A stretch of 64,000 bases of DNA from an uncultured Pseudomonadales bacterium (GCA_964635905.1 CAZWPK010000002.1:77621-141620); one strand, 5' to 3'. Positions 1 to 9,933 are shown, counted from the stretch's first letter. Program-made: numbers and translations. The notes: a model not told the origin generated them from the letters alone.

Positions 1-293
1 AAGAGATCTTGATGAAACTTCCCGTCATACCAGCAATAGGCAACCTTCACCCGATGGGATTTGGCAAAATCTAGAATTTCGTTAGGATCACAAGAATGTA
101 GACGAGGAGTATCTTTTCCGATGACGGCATCGATATTGCGATGAATAATCGTTGATCGAATTACAACGACTGGAGTAAAAACGGATCGATTGAGTAAATC
201 CGAATATACTTTAATGCGTCGTGCTCCTCCGCCCAAATCAAGCTTATCTAGGATAAGTAGAACACCGACTGGTGAATTGGTCTTCTTATTCAT
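1..293 (-). CDS. Partial CDS (N-terminal 97 aa; continues beyond window start): glycosyltransferase, GT4-like N-terminus
   Basis: Minus-strand ATG at 293..291. It is open to position 1 with no stop (MNKKTNSPVGVLLILDKLDLGGGARRIKVYSDLL...). The N-terminal ILxxDxLxxGGaeR pattern is typical of GT4/group-1 glycosyltransferases. The ORF is absent from the track because it lacks an in-window stop. It is divergent from the flippase at 335. Confidence 0.4.
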   Translation of the reverse strand, partial: MNKKTNSPVGVLLILDKLDLGGGARRIKVYSDLLNRSVFTPVVVIRSTIIHRNIDAVIGKDTPRLHSCDPNEILDFAKSHRVKVAYCWYDGKFHQDL

Positions 294-334
294 GGTCTTT
301 AGTATGGTAGTGTTCTTCGCTATAATGACTCCAG

Positions 335-1717
335 ATGAACAAACAGCTTATTGTGCGAAATGCAGGCGTCCAAACAGTCTATCAAATTGTCTCAAACATT
401 TTAGGGTTTGTCTTTACCGTTGTACTCATTAAGGCTACAAGTCAATTTGAGTTTGGTGTGTACAGCTATATTTTTTCCACCCTCGTGATTGTGAACCTGT
501 TTATTGAATTAGGAATCCCCACCTATTTCTTACGTCACTGGAGTACGCATCCGGAGGACTTTGAAAAAGAACGCCAACTGTTATTGGGTACTCGAATACT
601 GTTAACCATCCCTGTCAGTATCCTACTCTTTATTTATGTATTCTTTATTGATCGATTTGTCAGTTTAGAATTTTTACTAGCCTACGTTTACTTTCTCCTA
701 GATGGATACTTGCAACTCAATAAAATGTTCCTGTCTGCAAGAGACAAATTCCATCTAACTGCCGTAATTGATGGAAGTGAAAAAGCCATTGCCTATGGAG
801 GCGGAATCCTGATTCTATTACTTGGTGGGAAACTTTTGCAGGTCTTTGTCATCTATATCATCGGAAAACTGGTGGCAATCACCCTTTCCAATATCTGGAC
901 TGGCGGATTCAAACTTCCTCAATTTGACATTTCCAAATCCATTGAAGTTGTACGGAAATCATTGCCGTTGTTCATGTTAAGTGTGTTTGGGATTCTGTAT
1001 TTTCGTGTCGATATGTTGATTATTCGACATTTGTTGGGAGTCGCTGCAGTTGCGCCCTACAGCACGGCGTACCGATTAATGGATGCAGCAGTAATTCTGC
1101 CAGGTATTATTCTGGCTGTGTCCGTACCCACCTTAACGAAACTGTATGCGGACAAGGAAGAGGAAAAACTCACACGGTCACTGTTTTTGGCAACGCGTTA
1201 TCTTTCGGTCGTCGCTTTTTTTATCGCGGCTTGTTGTCTACTCTTTGCTAAAGAAGTCATGCTCACTGCTTTTGGATCGGAGTATGCCAGTGCGGCACCA
1301 GTGCTCCAGTTGTTCGGATTAACAATTATCGTCTTGTATTTAAATGCCCCACTCTCCTATTTCATGTACACCGGTCGAAAAGAAAAAACACACACCAAAG
1401 TCTTGGCACTACTCACAATTCTAAATGTCGTACTCAATGTTGTATTCATTCCTATCTTAGGAGTTGTTGGTGCCGCACTTGCAACACTTCTGTGTGAACT
1501 CATTGGATTCTTCTTTCTGCGCCATTTCGTCGGTCACGCTCTCCCACTGCATGCAATCGTTGCTCCTGCTCTCTGTATCACCGCTTCTGCTCTGGTAGCG
1601 ATGCTCATTAAACCCAATTGGATCATCGCAGTTTTCTTTATGGGACTAATTTACCTCTTGCTTTTATTCGTAACTCGGACTATTTCTTTTAAAGAGTTAT
1701 CTTTTCGAACAAAGTAA
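335..1717 (+). CDS. Wzx-like oligosaccharide flippase (MOP superfamily / polysaccharide biosynthesis protein)
   Basis: 460 aa with about 12 to 14 predicted TM helices and loops rich in R/K/Y. The hydropathy layout matches the polysaccharide-biosynthesis (Wzx/RfbX) family. It sits at the head of a glycosylation operon. Confidence 0.55.
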   Translation: MNKQLIVRNAGVQTVYQIVSNILGFVFTVVLIKATSQFEFGVYSYIFSTLVIVNLFIELGIPTYFLRHWSTHPEDFEKERQLLLGTRILLTIPVSILLFIYVFFIDRFVSLEFLLAYVYFLLDGYLQLNKMFLSARDKFHLTAVIDGSEKAIAYGGGILILLLGGKLLQVFVIYIIGKLVAITLSNIWTGGFKLPQFDISKSIEVVRKSLPLFMLSVFGILYFRVDMLIIRHLLGVAAVAPYSTAYRLMDAAVILPGIILAVSVPTLTKLYADKEEEKLTRSLFLATRYLSVVAFFIAACCLLFAKEVMLTAFGSEYASAAPVLQLFGLTIIVLYLNAPLSYFMYTGRKEKTHTKVLALLTILNVVLNVVFIPILGVVGAALATLLCELIGFFFLRHFVGHALPLHAIVAPALCITASALVAMLIKPNWIIAVFFMGLIYLLLLFVTRTISFKELSFRTK

Positions 1718-1725
1718 GGGATTTC

Positions 1726-2904
1726 ATGGATTACAAAATTAAATTGATTAAATCTTCTTTCTATAATGAAACGGAGACAAAAAATGCGTTGTGCGCATTC
1801 ATTCAAGATGCAAAACAGCTCTCCATTGGAACGGAATGTCTTGCGTTTGAAACTGAATTTTCCGCCTGGCAGGGTCGGAAGTACTCCGTCCTCTTTAACA
1901 GTGGTAGTTCTGCCAACTTAGCCTTAATTCAAGCCTTATTAAACATGGGGAAATTGCAACCAGGCATGAAGGTAGGCTTCTCCGGCATTACTTGGGCGAC
2001 CAATGTCATGCCGCTACTACAACTTGGTCTAATTCCCATCCCAGTAGATATTGAGCTCGATACACTCAATGTCTCCAGTCATACATTGGAACAAACACAT
2101 CAAGAACAGAAGCTTGACTGTTTATTTTTAACGAACTTACTGGGTTTTTCCGACGATATCAAAAAAATCAAGCAATTTTGTTTTAAAGAAAACATTTTAC
2201 TCTTAGAAGATAACTGTGAATCCATGGGGAGTAAGACTTCTGGGAAAATGCTTGGAAATTTCGGACTTGCTTCAACGTTCTCTTTCTTTGTAGGACATCA
2301 CATGTCTGCAATTGAGGGAGGAATGGTCTGTACGGATGATAAAGAACTGGATCGACATCTACGAATGGCACGATCGCACGGCTGGGATCGGCACCTCACA
2401 GAGAAGCAACAAAAATCACTTCGAACTGAACATGCCATTTCAGATTTTTTTGCGAAGTATACTTTTTATGATCTAGCCTACAACTTGCGACCCAATGAGA
2501 TCACAGGATTCCTTGGAAAATATCAACTCAAATTTATCGATGAAACAACGCACAAACGGGAACAAAATTTTAAAGCTCTATTGAAGATCTATGATGTCTG
2601 TGAGGATGTCTATCCTTTAGATATTCGAATGGACTTTGTTAGCAATTTTGCGATGCCACTAGTCTTTAAATCCGAACAACTCAAGGATTCCTATTGTTCT
2701 CGCTGTGAAAAACTTGGAATTGAGGTACGACCAATCGTGGGTGGGGTAATGGCAGACCAACCATTCTTTAAAAAATACATTTCTCAAACGTACAATATCC
2801 CTGTTTCCAGATTAGCTTTTAAACAAGGATTTTACTTTGCCAATAATCCTGAGCTCACCCAAGATGAGATTGAATACTTGATTGCTGCCTTTAAGAGTGA
2901 ATAA
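1726..2904 (+). CDS. DegT/DnrJ/EryC1/StrS-family PLP-dependent sugar-modifying enzyme; ColD/E1-like 3-dehydratase subtype (His-His in place of active-site Lys)
   Basis: 392 aa with a fold-type I aminotransferase signature (FNSGSSANLALIQALL ... LLEDNCESMGS). At the position where true aminotransferases carry SFHxxK, the protein reads SFFVGHHMSAIEGG. This resembles the His-for-Lys replacement of GDP-4-keto-6-deoxymannose 3-dehydratase ColD (about 388 aa) and CDP-hexulose 3-dehydrase E1. Confidence 0.6.
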   Translation: MDYKIKLIKSSFYNETETKNALCAFIQDAKQLSIGTECLAFETEFSAWQGRKYSVLFNSGSSANLALIQALLNMGKLQPGMKVGFSGITWATNVMPLLQLGLIPIPVDIELDTLNVSSHTLEQTHQEQKLDCLFLTNLLGFSDDIKKIKQFCFKENILLLEDNCESMGSKTSGKMLGNFGLASTFSFFVGHHMSAIEGGMVCTDDKELDRHLRMARSHGWDRHLTEKQQKSLRTEHAISDFFAKYTFYDLAYNLRPNEITGFLGKYQLKFIDETTHKREQNFKALLKIYDVCEDVYPLDIRMDFVSNFAMPLVFKSEQLKDSYCSRCEKLGIEVRPIVGGVMADQPFFKKYISQTYNIPVSRLAFKQGFYFANNPELTQDEIEYLIAAFKSE

Positions 2905-4130
2905 TGTCTATGCTAAATATTGCATTAGTTATCTGGCAACTTGATACCTACGGTGGCTCGATTCGTCAAATTTTAGAAGAAGCACGCTATCTGCAAAAAC
3001 AGGGACACCGCGTGGATGTTTTTGCCTATCGCGTTGATAAAGAAAAATGTTTTCCTGAATTTATCAATGAGATTAATGTTATTGCTGCCAAGCCAATTGC
3101 AATTTCCCAAGAATTTTATAATCAGTCCGATCCCATTTTGAAGCGAATAAGGGCATTCCTACGCAATGAGTGGGTACAACTTCAACAAGTACAAGCCATT
3201 GGAAATCAAATAGAAATTCAACACAAAAAGCGTGCCTATGATGTGATCAATTACCATGATCACGGAGTCTATCGATTATCAACGCGCTTCCCAACGGGAA
3301 AAAATGTGTGGATGATGAATGATCCACCCTCCTTTATTGATGCAAAAGAAAAAGGAGCATCCGAGTATGCTCAAACGACTCTCATGAAAGTGCTGGCATG
3401 GGTTGAGAAAATTCGGACAAACATCGCACTCAAAGAGATGGACACTATCGTGGTCTTGGATGAGCGAAATAAAGAAATCGTGCAGCGTCATTTTGGCAAA
3501 ACTGCTAAGGTTATTAAAAGTGGTCTGTCCATCCCTTCCGATTTAAAACAGATGCCAGTCAAAAAGAAGCGTAAGAGTATCCAGTTACTGACAACCAACA
3601 TCTTTTTTCGACATCGTCGCTATGAAGATCTTATTGAAGCTGCCCATATCCTGATCAACAAGCGAAAAGTTAAAAACGTCGCGTTTCATATCGTAGGTGA
3701 TCCTGCGCCTGACATGGGGTACTTTAAAATGATTCAAGGACTGGTACAACGCTATGGATTAACTTCCTACATTACATTCTTAGGAAAGGTAACCGAGGCA
3801 ATACTTGAACGAGAATATCGGGAAGCGGATGTCTTTGTGTTCCCAAACCATAATCAAACTTGGGGATTATCTGTCTTTGAAGCGAGTCTACGTGGGTGTG
3901 CGGTGCTCGTCAGCAAGACTGCCGGGGCACATGATGTGCTAAGCGATGGGAAAAATGCAATTTTCATCCAGCCAAAAAACCCCTCACATCTAGCAAAGCA
4001 GTTAGAACGCGTCATTACCGATGAGAAACTTCGAAACTCGATTGCCAAAGCTGGATACAATTTTGTTCGAAAAAACATATCCTGGACGCAGTATGCCAAG
4101 GATATGGAATCGATATTCAAGCATCCCTAA
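2904..4130 (+). CDS. Glycosyltransferase family 4 (group 1)
   Basis: 408 aa. The C-terminal GT-B region carries the E-x7-E-like motif (GLSVFEASLRGCAVLVSKTAGAHDVL). The ATGTCTATG start overlaps the upstream stop. Confidence 0.7.
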   Translation: MSMLNIALVIWQLDTYGGSIRQILEEARYLQKQGHRVDVFAYRVDKEKCFPEFINEINVIAAKPIAISQEFYNQSDPILKRIRAFLRNEWVQLQQVQAIGNQIEIQHKKRAYDVINYHDHGVYRLSTRFPTGKNVWMMNDPPSFIDAKEKGASEYAQTTLMKVLAWVEKIRTNIALKEMDTIVVLDERNKEIVQRHFGKTAKVIKSGLSIPSDLKQMPVKKKRKSIQLLTTNIFFRHRRYEDLIEAAHILINKRKVKNVAFHIVGDPAPDMGYFKMIQGLVQRYGLTSYITFLGKVTEAILEREYREADVFVFPNHNQTWGLSVFEASLRGCAVLVSKTAGAHDVLSDGKNAIFIQPKNPSHLAKQLERVITDEKLRNSIAKAGYNFVRKNISWTQYAKDMESIFKHP

Positions 4131-4160
4131 GATTTCGTCGCAGTGCTATAATTTCCAAAT

Positions 4161-5022
4161 GAATTACGAACAAACTAAACTTTCTCGACTATCAAGAGCC
4201 TTTGCGCACTCGCACAGAAAACTCTCATCTCTTCATCGAGAGCGACAAGTCCTACCGTATTATGATGTTTCATCTGAAGGACGGAAATTAGCTACTCCTG
4301 ATCGTGGCATCTGGACCAATGTTGCGGAGCATTGTTTTGTAGCAGCTCAAGTCACTGACATCCTGGCTGAGGCATTACGCCTTCCTGCAGACATTAGAAC
4401 CAAGGTAAATGCTGCCGCTTGGATTCATGATTCAGGGAAAAAAGTTGAGAGATTTTGGCAACAGCTTGTCGCTGCTCAACTGACTCAGGATCAAGCATCC
4501 CCAGTAATCCCACAACATGATTTATTGAATAAAATTGCTCAGGAACAATTAATTGCATTGCAATTATTATCAGCTCTGGACAAGTGGGAATACCAAAGAA
4601 TCGGAGTCAAACCTGATATCCTTGAAATTTCTCAAGCGAATATCCCTACCTTAGCTCAATTTAAAGATGGTCATGCTACCCTGGCCGAGAAAATACTGTG
4701 GTTTGCCGATGCCTGTGTAAGTGGAACTGCTATCGTACCGATTCCCGAGCGTTTTGAGAGACTCGTGAATGATCCTAAAAACGGCGCTCAAAATCGAATT
4801 TTTAGTGAGTCATATAGTGAAAGATTTGATGGAGCTTCATTGTATGAAGTTCAGCTGGCTCTCGGAAGAAGGTACGTTAGTGAGTTTGCCCCATTGATAG
4901 GGATGAAACCTGAGGAAATATTTAGCTGGTTACAAGGTAAGATACAGCAAAGAATGGAGTCAAACCAATTACCAGAAATTAATGGTAGAATCGTTTTCAA
5001 TAGAAAAGTTAAACGCTCTTAA
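4161..5022 (+). CDS. HD-domain phosphohydrolase-like protein
   Basis: H...HD arrangement (AEHCFVAAQ ... AAWIHDSGKK) followed by a FADACVSG region. The track ORF begins at 4021 inside the upstream GT4. I prefer the internal ATG at 4161 (MNYEQTKL...), which removes that overlap. Confidence 0.45.
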
Positions 5023-5049
5023 GTTTTATATTTCAGAGGAGATACCGAT

Positions 5050-5325
5050 ATGAGTGATGATGAAAGAAGAGTTAGTGTTTTTTTAGTTGATAATGAGTTA
5101 TCAGGTGTTCCTTTAGGGTACGCAGATGACCTCGCTGTAGATGCGCATCGGTCAGGAAGAGTAATTCATCAAGGATTAATGATCGAAGGAAACTATCTTC
5201 CCGATGTCTCATTTGCAAAGCTTGAAGAGGAGCTTGCGAAGTTGGCTGCAAACTATCCCAATACAATTATCGAGTATTACGCTGACTTCGGTGTCATTGC
5301 TATCTATCCTCTGAAAAGAGAGTAA
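5050..5325 (+). CDS. Hypothetical small protein (91 aa), acidic
   Basis: ORF directly downstream of the HD-domain gene on the same strand. GAGG lies 8 nt upstream of the ATG. No recognisable motif. Confidence 0.3.
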   Translation: MSDDERRVSVFLVDNELSGVPLGYADDLAVDAHRSGRVIHQGLMIEGNYLPDVSFAKLEEELAKLAANYPNTIIEYYADFGVIAIYPLKRE

Positions 5326-5338
5326 AAGTCACTTTTTT

Positions 5339-6451
5339 TTACGAAAGCAATTCTTTGAGAGCCGCGCGTAGGCTTGATGAGAATGCTTGTTGCGAATACG
5401 TAGTCTCTAAACCTTGCATCATGGTGTTTCGTTGTTTCTCCAATTTCATTTGGGGAAACTTACTCATCTGAACCACTATTTTTTCTATTTCTTCAATGCT
5501 GATTGATGACAGTACTTTCCCTCCACTACTGATCCCTGATTCCTTACTTACAATTGGTACAATTCCGGCTGACATCGCTGTTAGCACGCTACCCGCCATT
5601 CCTTCAGAAGCTGATGGGTAGATCATCCAGGCACACCTTGCTGCAATCGATTTAAAGGCTGGTGAGTGTGGATCCACAAATCCAAGTGGGTGAATGTTTT
5701 CGGTTTCATACAGTTCTGTATGATAGGCTGCAGCAAAGTCTTCTTCCTGGGCAAAGGGGCTACAGACCGTTAGCGTCAACTCCGGGTGGTCGCGAAAGAC
5801 TTCAAGAACTAAATCAAGTCCTTTATGAACTTGCCCACCACTTCCGAAGAAAAGAAAGTGTTTAGGATCCTTACGAAGCTTTGCCAACGGAAAGAGTGAT
5901 GAATCCACTGTATTGGGAATAAGAAAAAAAGGAACCGAAAGCGGAGGAAACGTGCGTTGCGTCTGCGTATTTCCAATCAGGAGGACCGCATCAAAGCGGT
6001 TGATCATGGTTGTATTAATTGGTTCCACTTGTCTTCTAGGTTGAAGCTGTACTCCCCGTCTTTTTTTTAAGGCTAGCAAACGCCTACGTTCCGCATCATT
6101 TTGATAATCAGGAAAACTTCCGGTAAAAAAGATAATCTTTCTTGCTCCCGTAGTAAGAAACTTCCAGTACGGTTTATCCACTGTCGGGTGAATATCAATG
6201 ACCAGGTCATAGTTTCGTTTTAATTGATAGTTCGCACCATAATTGACCACATCCACTCGATATCCAAGCTCATCAAGCACTTTGGCAATGGCTTGTACTT
6301 GCCAGTGGCTCTGGTGGGGCTGCGGTTTGAACGGAAAGAGAAAAGGATACGTGATATAGGAAAGCAAACAGACTTTTTTTGCATGGGTATGCGTAACATT
6401 CTCTGCAACTTTTGTGTCCAAGAATTCTAGTATTTTGGCAAAATTGAGCAT
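5339..6451 (-). CDS. Glycosyltransferase, GT-B fold (GT4/group 1-like)
   Basis: 370 aa. C-terminal FFGSGGQVHKGLDLVLEVF ... SASEGMAGSVLTAMSAGIVPIVSKESG matches the nucleotide-sugar binding half of GT4 enzymes. Confidence 0.55.
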   Translation of the reverse strand: MLNFAKILEFLDTKVAENVTHTHAKKVCLLSYITYPFLFPFKPQPHQSHWQVQAIAKVLDELGYRVDVVNYGANYQLKRNYDLVIDIHPTVDKPYWKFLTTGARKIIFFTGSFPDYQNDAERRRLLALKKRRGVQLQPRRQVEPINTTMINRFDAVLLIGNTQTQRTFPPLSVPFFLIPNTVDSSLFPLAKLRKDPKHFLFFGSGGQVHKGLDLVLEVFRDHPELTLTVCSPFAQEEDFAAAYHTELYETENIHPLGFVDPHSPAFKSIAARCAWMIYPSASEGMAGSVLTAMSAGIVPIVSKESGISSGGKVLSSISIEEIEKIVVQMSKFPQMKLEKQRNTMMQGLETTYSQQAFSSSLRAALKELLS

Positions 6452-6468
6452 AGTGAATGGTACTTACT

Positions 6469-8004
6469 CTACCACGTAACTGCGATTACTTTTGAAGGTT
6501 TACATTCCGTTGCTGTCATTGTCCCGAGGAATATCGAAATACATGCTTTTCTTGGATCTCGCTTTGTTAACGGTGTAATCACGTCTGTACCTTCATTCTG
6601 GGTCGTTTGGATGCTTGATTGAAGCTGTGTACCTAAAGAAAGATCATCAGTCGAGTGTAGTGCATGTGATCGAAGGTAGATGCTGTTTGGCAGTTTCTCC
6701 TGTCGAAATTGCACTTGGATGGCGTGGATAATTTCAAGATCATTGATGGAACTCGATTCCAAGATAATGTCAGAAGTCTCCTCGACGTCACGCATGGCTT
6801 CAAGTCCCATGAAATATGATTGTGTCAACGCATGATAAGCCTGCACCCGAGATTTTAGAACCCAGAGTTGAGAACGCTGCCAGACTCCAATCACTATACA
6901 TACTGACACAATGAATAAGGCGACTCTACTGGGTCTAGCTTCAAGACGATCAAGCACCATTCTTTTGAAAAGAAACAACAGGCTTACGACAATCAGTAGT
7001 TTGTAAAAAAGTCCTGGAAAATCGTAACGAATATTGGTTGGCCACTGTCCATTGTAAAAAACGAACTGTGAAACGAATAACGTTCCTGCCGTGATCCAAG
7101 TCCAAGAAAGATGTGCAAAATATCGCTTCCATATCGGTGATGGCACATCTCTAGCTAACCACAGAAAGCCTGCACTACCGATCAACAGTCCGATGACCGT
7201 TTTACTCTGGAGCATGACCAAAAGTAACCCTATTCTTGAAACACCCAAGCTGTTCCCGTAGACGTCGACCCCAACCACTGAAGATAATCGCAAAAGATAG
7301 AGGATGACAAAAATACTAGAGAAAAAACTGACGAGTACTGGAAGAATTGAGAGAAACGGTTGTCTGCTAGTCTGTCGATTGAGAACATACATTCCTAGGG
7401 TGGGAACAACCATAATGATCATATTCTCTTTGGAAAGAATTGAAATGGCGCATCCTACTGAAAGTAGTAGTGTGCTCCAACGATCACGTTTTTCTTGTTG
7501 ATAATACAGTCTAATCACACCCCACGCCCACAACAGAAGTCCCAACAAACTGTAGCTTTCGGATGGTCCAAGCCTGCCAATAATATCCGCCCAAAATGCC
7601 AATGTGAAAAACCATCCACTGATAGTTCCTGCCAGAACTGCTCCAAGGATGCGTTCAAGCAGAAGCCAACACGTATAAACAGAACACGCAAATAGGCAAA
7701 TCCTCGCCAAATACCAGAAGTTTAGATGACTTCCCCACACCAAGAGTTCAAGAGGACGCAACACGTTATAAACTGGTCTGTATCTTCCCGTGCTACTTAA
7801 ATCCCGTTGCCATAAACCAATCACTTGAGAGACAGAAAGTCTCTCTTTACCTTGTAGATGGAGGACTAATTCATGGTCATCAATCGGAGATAGGGCATTA
7901 AAAAGACTTGGAGAAAAAACAAATAGTGCTAACCCAAAACTCAATACCAAAATGACTATTCGTTGCAACCAAGTGTTGGTACTTTTGGAACTCTTAATTT
8001 CCAT
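6469..8004 (-). CDS. Polytopic membrane protein, putative GT-C-fold glycosyltransferase
   Basis: 511 aa, more than 10 TM helices, an acidic motif (IDDHE) in the first extracytoplasmic loop, and a C-terminal soluble domain. This architecture is typical of ArnT/PMT-like enzymes. Confidence 0.45.
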   Translation of the reverse strand: MEIKSSKSTNTWLQRIVILVLSFGLALFVFSPSLFNALSPIDDHELVLHLQGKERLSVSQVIGLWQRDLSSTGRYRPVYNVLRPLELLVWGSHLNFWYLARICLFACSVYTCWLLLERILGAVLAGTISGWFFTLAFWADIIGRLGPSESYSLLGLLLWAWGVIRLYYQQEKRDRWSTLLLSVGCAISILSKENMIIMVVPTLGMYVLNRQTSRQPFLSILPVLVSFFSSIFVILYLLRLSSVVGVDVYGNSLGVSRIGLLLVMLQSKTVIGLLIGSAGFLWLARDVPSPIWKRYFAHLSWTWITAGTLFVSQFVFYNGQWPTNIRYDFPGLFYKLLIVVSLLFLFKRMVLDRLEARPSRVALFIVSVCIVIGVWQRSQLWVLKSRVQAYHALTQSYFMGLEAMRDVEETSDIILESSSINDLEIIHAIQVQFRQEKLPNSIYLRSHALHSTDDLSLGTQLQSSIQTTQNEGTDVITPLTKRDPRKACISIFLGTMTATECKPSKVIAVTW

Positions 8005-8061
8005 AGATCTGTAGCATATACCATTCTTTCCTACTCGTTGTACTAAAAAATATGATAGGCT

Positions 8062-9933
8062 TTGAACATGTGTGGAATCGCCGGTAAGGTAACATTTGAG
8101 GGGTCAGTGAAGGCATCGGATATCAAGAAGATGACCGACAGTCTCTCCCATCGTGGTCCCGATGATGATGGGGTTGAAGCGTTGGAATCGTGTGGACTTG
8201 GCCAACGACGATTGGCTATTATTGATCTTTCTCCAAAAGGTCATCAACCAATGAGTTACGACTCAAAACGGTATTGGATTACCTTTAATGGTGAAATTTA
8301 CAATTATCTTGAACTTCGCAGTCTGCTGCTTAAAAAAGGCTATCCATTCACTTCCCAGTCTGATACAGAAGTCATCTTAGCAATGTACGCCCAGTATCAC
8401 GAGAAATGTGTTAAATACTTTAATGGCATGTTTGCCTTTGCCATCTACGATAAGAAAAAGAAAACGTTGTTCGCTGCGCGTGACAGAATGGGTAAGAAGC
8501 CCTTTAAATATTACTTCTCTTCCAACTCCTTTATTTTTGCCTCTGAGATCAAAGCACTCTTTACCCAACCAGAAGTTCCAAAGGAAGTCGATGAAGAAGC
8601 CATCTCTTCCTATATTTACTGGGGGTTTGTACCCTCTCCTCGGACTGGATTTAAAGCTATTTACAAATTGCCACCGGGTCACTACTTGATCCTTCAAAAC
8701 AAAAAACTAACGATTAAACCGTATTGGTCAGTAACCGTTGATCCCACTTCTTCTCTGTCAGTTGAAGAAGCGAAATCACAACTTCGGACTTTACTTGAAT
8801 CCTCCGTTTCACTTCGAATGATTGCTGATGTCCCGTTAGGCTCTTTCCTATCAGGAGGAATTGATTCCTGTGTCGTAACCGGTTTGATGAGCAAGCTTAG
8901 TGATCATCCAGTTCGTACATTCACGGTTGGAGCAAGTCAGTGGGGCATGGATGAACGAGCAGATGCAAGAATCTCAAGTCAGTTTCATGGGACACGTCAC
9001 CTAGAGCTGGAGATCAAACCAAACGTTAATGAGGCATTGATACACCGATTAGTGACAGCCTATGATGAGCCTTTTGGAGATTCATCCGCAATTCCTTCCT
9101 ATTTTGTCAGTCAACTTGCCCGAAAACATGTTACGGTAGCGTTAAATGGGGATGGTGGTGACGAAAGTTTTTTTGCGTACAGTAACCATACAACATTAGC
9201 GTTTATTAAGCGCATGCACGCCCTTTCGCTACCCGCTAACCTGGTCTATCGACTCCTTCGTCCCTTCACTTCACAAGCAGTGATGCATCCGCTGGTTCAG
9301 CGCGTACTCCGGGTATCGCATCTTCTGTCACAACAATCGCTGGATGGCTACAGTCTCTACGCACGTGGATATACCAACGGGATAGACATGAATGAACTCT
9401 GGAATGATGCCACCAATCAGTTAGAGAAAGAACTTGCCTCAAGGTTACCGCACACAGCAACCGATGATATCAGTAAGGTTCTGTCCCTCGATCTTTCAAC
9501 AATTCTTCCAGATGGGTTGATGACAAAAATGGATATTGCCAGTATGCAGTGGGCGTTGGAGGGCCGTTCACCGCTCCTAGATTACCGAATAGTCGAGTTT
9601 GCCGCATCACTGCCACTAGAGTATAAATATCACAATCACGAGACAAAATGGATCCTTAAGGAGGCCTGTAACGATCTAATTCCACCCTTGATCCGTTCGT
9701 TACCGAAACGAGGTTTTGTCCTTCCTGTAAATGAGTGGATGAAGACTACTCTTCGCAAACAGTTTGATCAGGCTTTTCTTTCTACGAACCATCCAATGTT
9801 TTCAATCCTAAACTTTGACACCACCAAAAAGATGTATGACTATCACCAGCGGGGTGTAGCGGATTATTCTGCGCAACTGTGGAAACTATTTATGCTGTCA
9901 AAATGGTATGACACTTTTTTTAAGTCTACGTAA
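8062..9933 (+). CDS. asnB: Asparagine synthase (glutamine-hydrolysing)-family amidotransferase (AsnB/WbpS-like)
   Basis: N-terminal MCGIAGK nucleophile Cys2 of an Ntn glutamine amidotransferase, then the PP-loop SGGIDSCVV of the synthetase domain. Length is 623 aa, as in the glycan-cluster AsnB paralogs. Confidence 0.85.
   Translation: MNMCGIAGKVTFEGSVKASDIKKMTDSLSHRGPDDDGVEALESCGLGQRRLAIIDLSPKGHQPMSYDSKRYWITFNGEIYNYLELRSLLLKKGYPFTSQSDTEVILAMYAQYHEKCVKYFNGMFAFAIYDKKKKTLFAARDRMGKKPFKYYFSSNSFIFASEIKALFTQPEVPKEVDEEAISSYIYWGFVPSPRTGFKAIYKLPPGHYLILQNKKLTIKPYWSVTVDPTSSLSVEEAKSQLRTLLESSVSLRMIADVPLGSFLSGGIDSCVVTGLMSKLSDHPVRTFTVGASQWGMDERADARISSQFHGTRHLELEIKPNVNEALIHRLVTAYDEPFGDSSAIPSYFVSQLARKHVTVALNGDGGDESFFAYSNHTTLAFIKRMHALSLPANLVYRLLRPFTSQAVMHPLVQRVLRVSHLLSQQSLDGYSLYARGYTNGIDMNELWNDATNQLEKELASRLPHTATDDISKVLSLDLSTILPDGLMTKMDIASMQWALEGRSPLLDYRIVEFAASLPLEYKYHNHETKWILKEACNDLIPPLIRSLPKRGFVLPVNEWMKTTLRKQFDQAFLSTNHPMFSILNFDTTKKMYDYHQRGVADYSAQLWKLFMLSKWYDTFFKST

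Noticed and set aside
2183-2371. Numerous 60 to 120-aa antisense or alternate-frame ORFs inside long genes (for example 2183..2371, 3279..3491, 7304..7695, 16536..16850, 26130..26453, 30258..30518, 37688..38071)
   Set aside because: They lie entirely within, and antisense or out of frame to, well-supported longer CDSs with recognisable domains. They are low complexity and have no motifs, so they are treated as shadow ORFs.
4021-4160. Track ORF 4021..5022 starts inside the upstream GT4 gene, giving a 110-bp overlap
   Set aside because: The upstream extension lies within the GT4 coding frame and is hydrophilic junk. The internal ATG at 4161 gives a clean non-overlapping HD-domain protein.
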